Shown: positions 61,577-63,680 of the stretch, piece after piece | Position numbering within the stretch: the first letter of the stretch is position 1 | Layout: every line of letters begins with the position of its first letter | DNA from: Gaiellaceae bacterium | GTDB taxonomy: Bacteria > Actinomycetota > Thermoleophilia > Gaiellales > Gaiellaceae | NCBI GenBank assembly: GCA_035273885.1 | Contig: DATEOR010000007.1 | Location: 1-63,680, forward strand | Direction: 5' to 3' | Length of the DNA: 63,680 bases | The notes under the pieces: generated by a model | The model's input: the letters and a program-made list of their open reading frames with translations, nothing else | Told to the model about the DNA's origin: nothing | Database searches by the model: none | Made by a program: the position numbers and the translations under genes

Positions 61577-62780
61577 CGGCGCCCTCGTCTGGGCCGCCGG
61601 CGGCGCCTGTCTCGTCCTTCTCGCCGCGGCTCTGGCCTGCGCCTGGCCTGGTGACTCCCTTCTCACTCCGGATCACGCCGATGGGATCAGGCGCTGGTCC
61701 TGGCTCTTCCTCGGCTTCCTCTCGGCGGCCTTCCTCGCCTATCTCGCCGCGCTCCTCTTGATCCGGAGCGGAACTCCTGCTCTCGTCCCCGTGCTCGCGG
61801 TCGCCGTCGCGATACAGCTCACTCCGCTTGCTGCCCCTCTGATGCTTTCGACGGACGCGTACACGTACTGGGACTACGGCCGCGTCGGCGCTGTGCACGG
61901 GGGGAACCCGTACTCGGACGAGCCGTCGGCCTTTCCGGACGATCCCGCCTACGCGCGCATGGGCGCGAACTGGCGGGACACGACCACGGTGTACGGGCCC
62001 GTCTTCACCCTTGCGTCCGAGGGTCATGCGGCAGTCGTGGGCGAATCGCCAGACGCCGCCGCGTGGACCTACAAGGCGCTCGGCGCGCTTGCCATGCTCG
62101 TCATCACGGGGCTCGCTGCGTTTCTCGGTCGGGAGCGCGCGTTCGCCGCCGCGTTCGTCGGCTGGAACCCGCTTCTGGCCGTTCACTTCGCGGGTGGCGG
62201 CCACAACGATGCGTGGATGATGGCCCTCGTCCTCGGCGCTCTCGCGCTCGGGGCCGTAGGCAAGAGGCAGTGGGCGGGTGCGGCGTGGGTCGGCGCCATC
62301 GCGATCAAGTGGGTTGCACTCGTCTTCCTCCCGCTCCGCGTGCTCGAGGCGCGCGCCCAGCGGAGGCGCGTGGGCCACCTCGGCTTCGCCGCTGCGGCTG
62401 TCGTCATCGCAGCGCTCGCGAGCTGGCGGTACGGAACCGGCTGGCTCGAGGCCTTCGGCCCGCTCGCGAAGAACCTGCGCGAAGGAGCGCACTACAGCAT
62501 GCCGTCGAGGGTCTCCTCGCTCGGCGTCCCGCATGACGTCTCCGTCGGGATCTTCATCGCGATCTTCGTGCTCGGCTACCTTGGGCTTCTGCGCCAGGCG
62601 TGGCGCGGTCGCGCGCGGCTCGCGCTCTGCGCCGACCTCGTGCTGCTGACGACGCCGTGGCTCATCGCGTGGTATGCGGTGTGGGCCGTGCCCCTCGCCG
62701 CCGTGGAGGAGGACCGAACCGCGCGCCTGCTCGCGCTCGCGCTCTGCGCGTACCTGCTTCCGAACACGGTGCCCCTATAG
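61551..62780 (+). CDS. GT-C polytopic membrane glycosyltransferase (MptB/DUF2029-like polyprenyl-phosphate-mannose-dependent mannosyltransferase); start uncertain
   Basis: Multi-TM protein. The loop motif STDAYTYWDYGRVGAVHGGNPY...VYGPVF resembles the DxYxY...NPY...YGP signature of MptB-type enzymes. The only canonical start (61356) gives a 70-aa Arg-rich out-of-frame-looking extension inside the PBP1A gene. Confidence 0.55.
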   Translation: MTRARTPASGALVWAAGGACLVLLAAALACAWPGDSLLTPDHADGIRRWSWLFLGFLSAAFLAYLAALLLIRSGTPALVPVLAVAVAIQLTPLAAPLMLSTDAYTYWDYGRVGAVHGGNPYSDEPSAFPDDPAYARMGANWRDTTTVYGPVFTLASEGHAAVVGESPDAAAWTYKALGALAMLVITGLAAFLGRERAFAAAFVGWNPLLAVHFAGGGHNDAWMMALVLGALALGAVGKRQWAGAAWVGAIAIKWVALVFLPLRVLEARAQRRRVGHLGFAAAAVVIAALASWRYGTGWLEAFGPLAKNLREGAHYSMPSRVSSLGVPHDVSVGIFIAIFVLGYLGLLRQAWRGRARLALCADLVLLTTPWLIAWYAVWAVPLAAVEEDRTARLLALALCAYLLPNTVPL

Positions 62781-62790
62781 CCTTTCGGCC

Positions 62791-63680
62791 GTGAGCACTG
62801 CGACACAGCTGATCTCGGTCGCGGAGGCCCAGCGCCTCGTTCTCGAGCGCGCCAAGCGGCTGGATGCCGAGCGTGTCCCGGTCGAGCGCGCGGCCGGGCG
62901 AGTCCTCGCGCAGGAGGCCTCCTCCCTCGTTGACCTGCCGCCCTTCCCGAGCTCGGCGATGGACGGCTTCGCGGTACGGGCGGAAGACGCCGGCGCAGGT
63001 GCTCGCCTGCCCGTCGTCGCCCGGATCGCGGCGGGCTCTCCCGCCGACCGGGAGCTCGCGGCCGGAGAGGCAATGGCCATCTCGACCGGGGGCGCGGTTC
63101 CCGAAGGCGCTGACTCCGTCATCCCGCTCGAGCTGGTCGAGGACGCGGGGGGCTCGATCGAGATTCGTGATCCGGTTTCGGCCGGGGCCAATGTCCGAGA
63201 ACGTGGCAGCGACGTGCGCACCGGTGACGTCGTGCTCGAGCCGGGGATGCGCCTGGGCCCCGCGCAGGTCGGTGCGCTCGCAGCGGCCGGCGTCCACGAG
63301 GTCCAGTGCGCGAAGCGTCCGCGGGTCGGGATCCTCGTCACCGGCTCGGAGCTGAAGCAGCCGGGCGAGGAGCTCGGGCCTGGAGAGATTTACGAGTCGA
63401 ACGGGCTCTTGCTCGCGACCGCCCTGCAGCTGGCCGGCGCCGTGCCGGCACAGCTCGGGGTTGTCGGTGACGACTCGGACGAGCTCGAGCGCGCCATGGA
63501 GCGCGCCCTGCTCGGATTCGACATGCTCGTCACCTCTGGCGGTGCGTCGGTCGGCCCCCACGACCTGGTTCGCGAGACGCAGACCGGTCTCCGGGTCGAG
63601 GAGGTCTTCTGGGGCGTCGCGGTGAAGCCCGGGAAGCCCGTCGCCTTCGGAACCCGTCGCGACCACCTCGTCTTCAACCT
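62791..63680 (+). CDS. moeA: molybdopterin molybdotransferase MoeA, 3'-truncated by window edge
   Basis: Not in the ORF track because there is no stop before the window end. Manual translation from GTG 62791 gives VSTATQLISVAEAQRLVLE...LPPFPSSAMDGFAV...ISTGGAVPEGADSVIPLE...GEIYESN...TSGGASVGPHD...VAVKPGKPVAFG. Confidence 0.9.
   Translation, partial: MSTATQLISVAEAQRLVLERAKRLDAERVPVERAAGRVLAQEASSLVDLPPFPSSAMDGFAVRAEDAGAGARLPVVARIAAGSPADRELAAGEAMAISTGGAVPEGADSVIPLELVEDAGGSIEIRDPVSAGANVRERGSDVRTGDVVLEPGMRLGPAQVGALAAAGVHEVQCAKRPRVGILVTGSELKQPGEELGPGEIYESNGLLLATALQLAGAVPAQLGVVGDDSDELERAMERALLGFDMLVTSGGASVGPHDLVRETQTGLRVEEVFWGVAVKPGKPVAFGTRRDHLVFN

Overview
High-GC, Actinomycetota-like chromosomal segment (lineage is inference only) centred on the replication origin. 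On the minus strand gyrA-gyrB-dciA(DUF721)-recF-dnaN-dnaA diverges from rpmH-rnpA-yidD-yidC-jag-rsmG-parA-parB on the plus strand, and DnaA-box clusters lie on both sides of dnaA. To the left are housekeeping genes (lon, acs, otsB, trxA, thiL/thiD), DNA-repair genes (polX, a MrfA/YprA-like helicase, a three-domain ligD), and an 8.4 kb minus-strand lipid-synthesis supraoperon (ECF sigma-fabZ-fabH-fabD-fabG-fabF-HAD-arginase-like-accD-accA) divergent from birA. An amidase, an NfeD/stomatin pair and a GalT-like gene follow. To the right are tRNA-Ile(GAT), a 2.5 kb more AT-rich islet closed by a second, degenerate tRNA-Ile copy, then cell-envelope genes (L,D-transpeptidase, CPBP protease, PBP1A, a GT-C mannosyltransferase) and a 3'-truncated moeA. 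I recognised no rRNA, CRISPR array, transposase or integrase. The most interesting signal is recurrent. At least four conserved genes (recF, rsmG, fabG, GalT-like), and possibly three more, have conserved N-termini upstream of any in-frame ATG/GTG/TTG. In each, an in-frame CTG lies on or just upstream of the preceding gene's stop codon (CTGA or CTGNNTRR), which suggests routine reinitiation-coupled CTG starts. Other points: a tRNA-bounded islet with no integrase and a surface-protein gene with a broken 5' end; an ECF sigma gene coupled by GTGA to the FAS-II operon, which lacks acpP; a zinc-ribbon/arginase-fold protein with GGCCC in place of GGDHS inside that operon; a roughly 155-160 aa insertion in GyrB; and extreme gene packing at convergent and divergent junctions. 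The many long antisense ORFs in the track are high-GC shadow frames.
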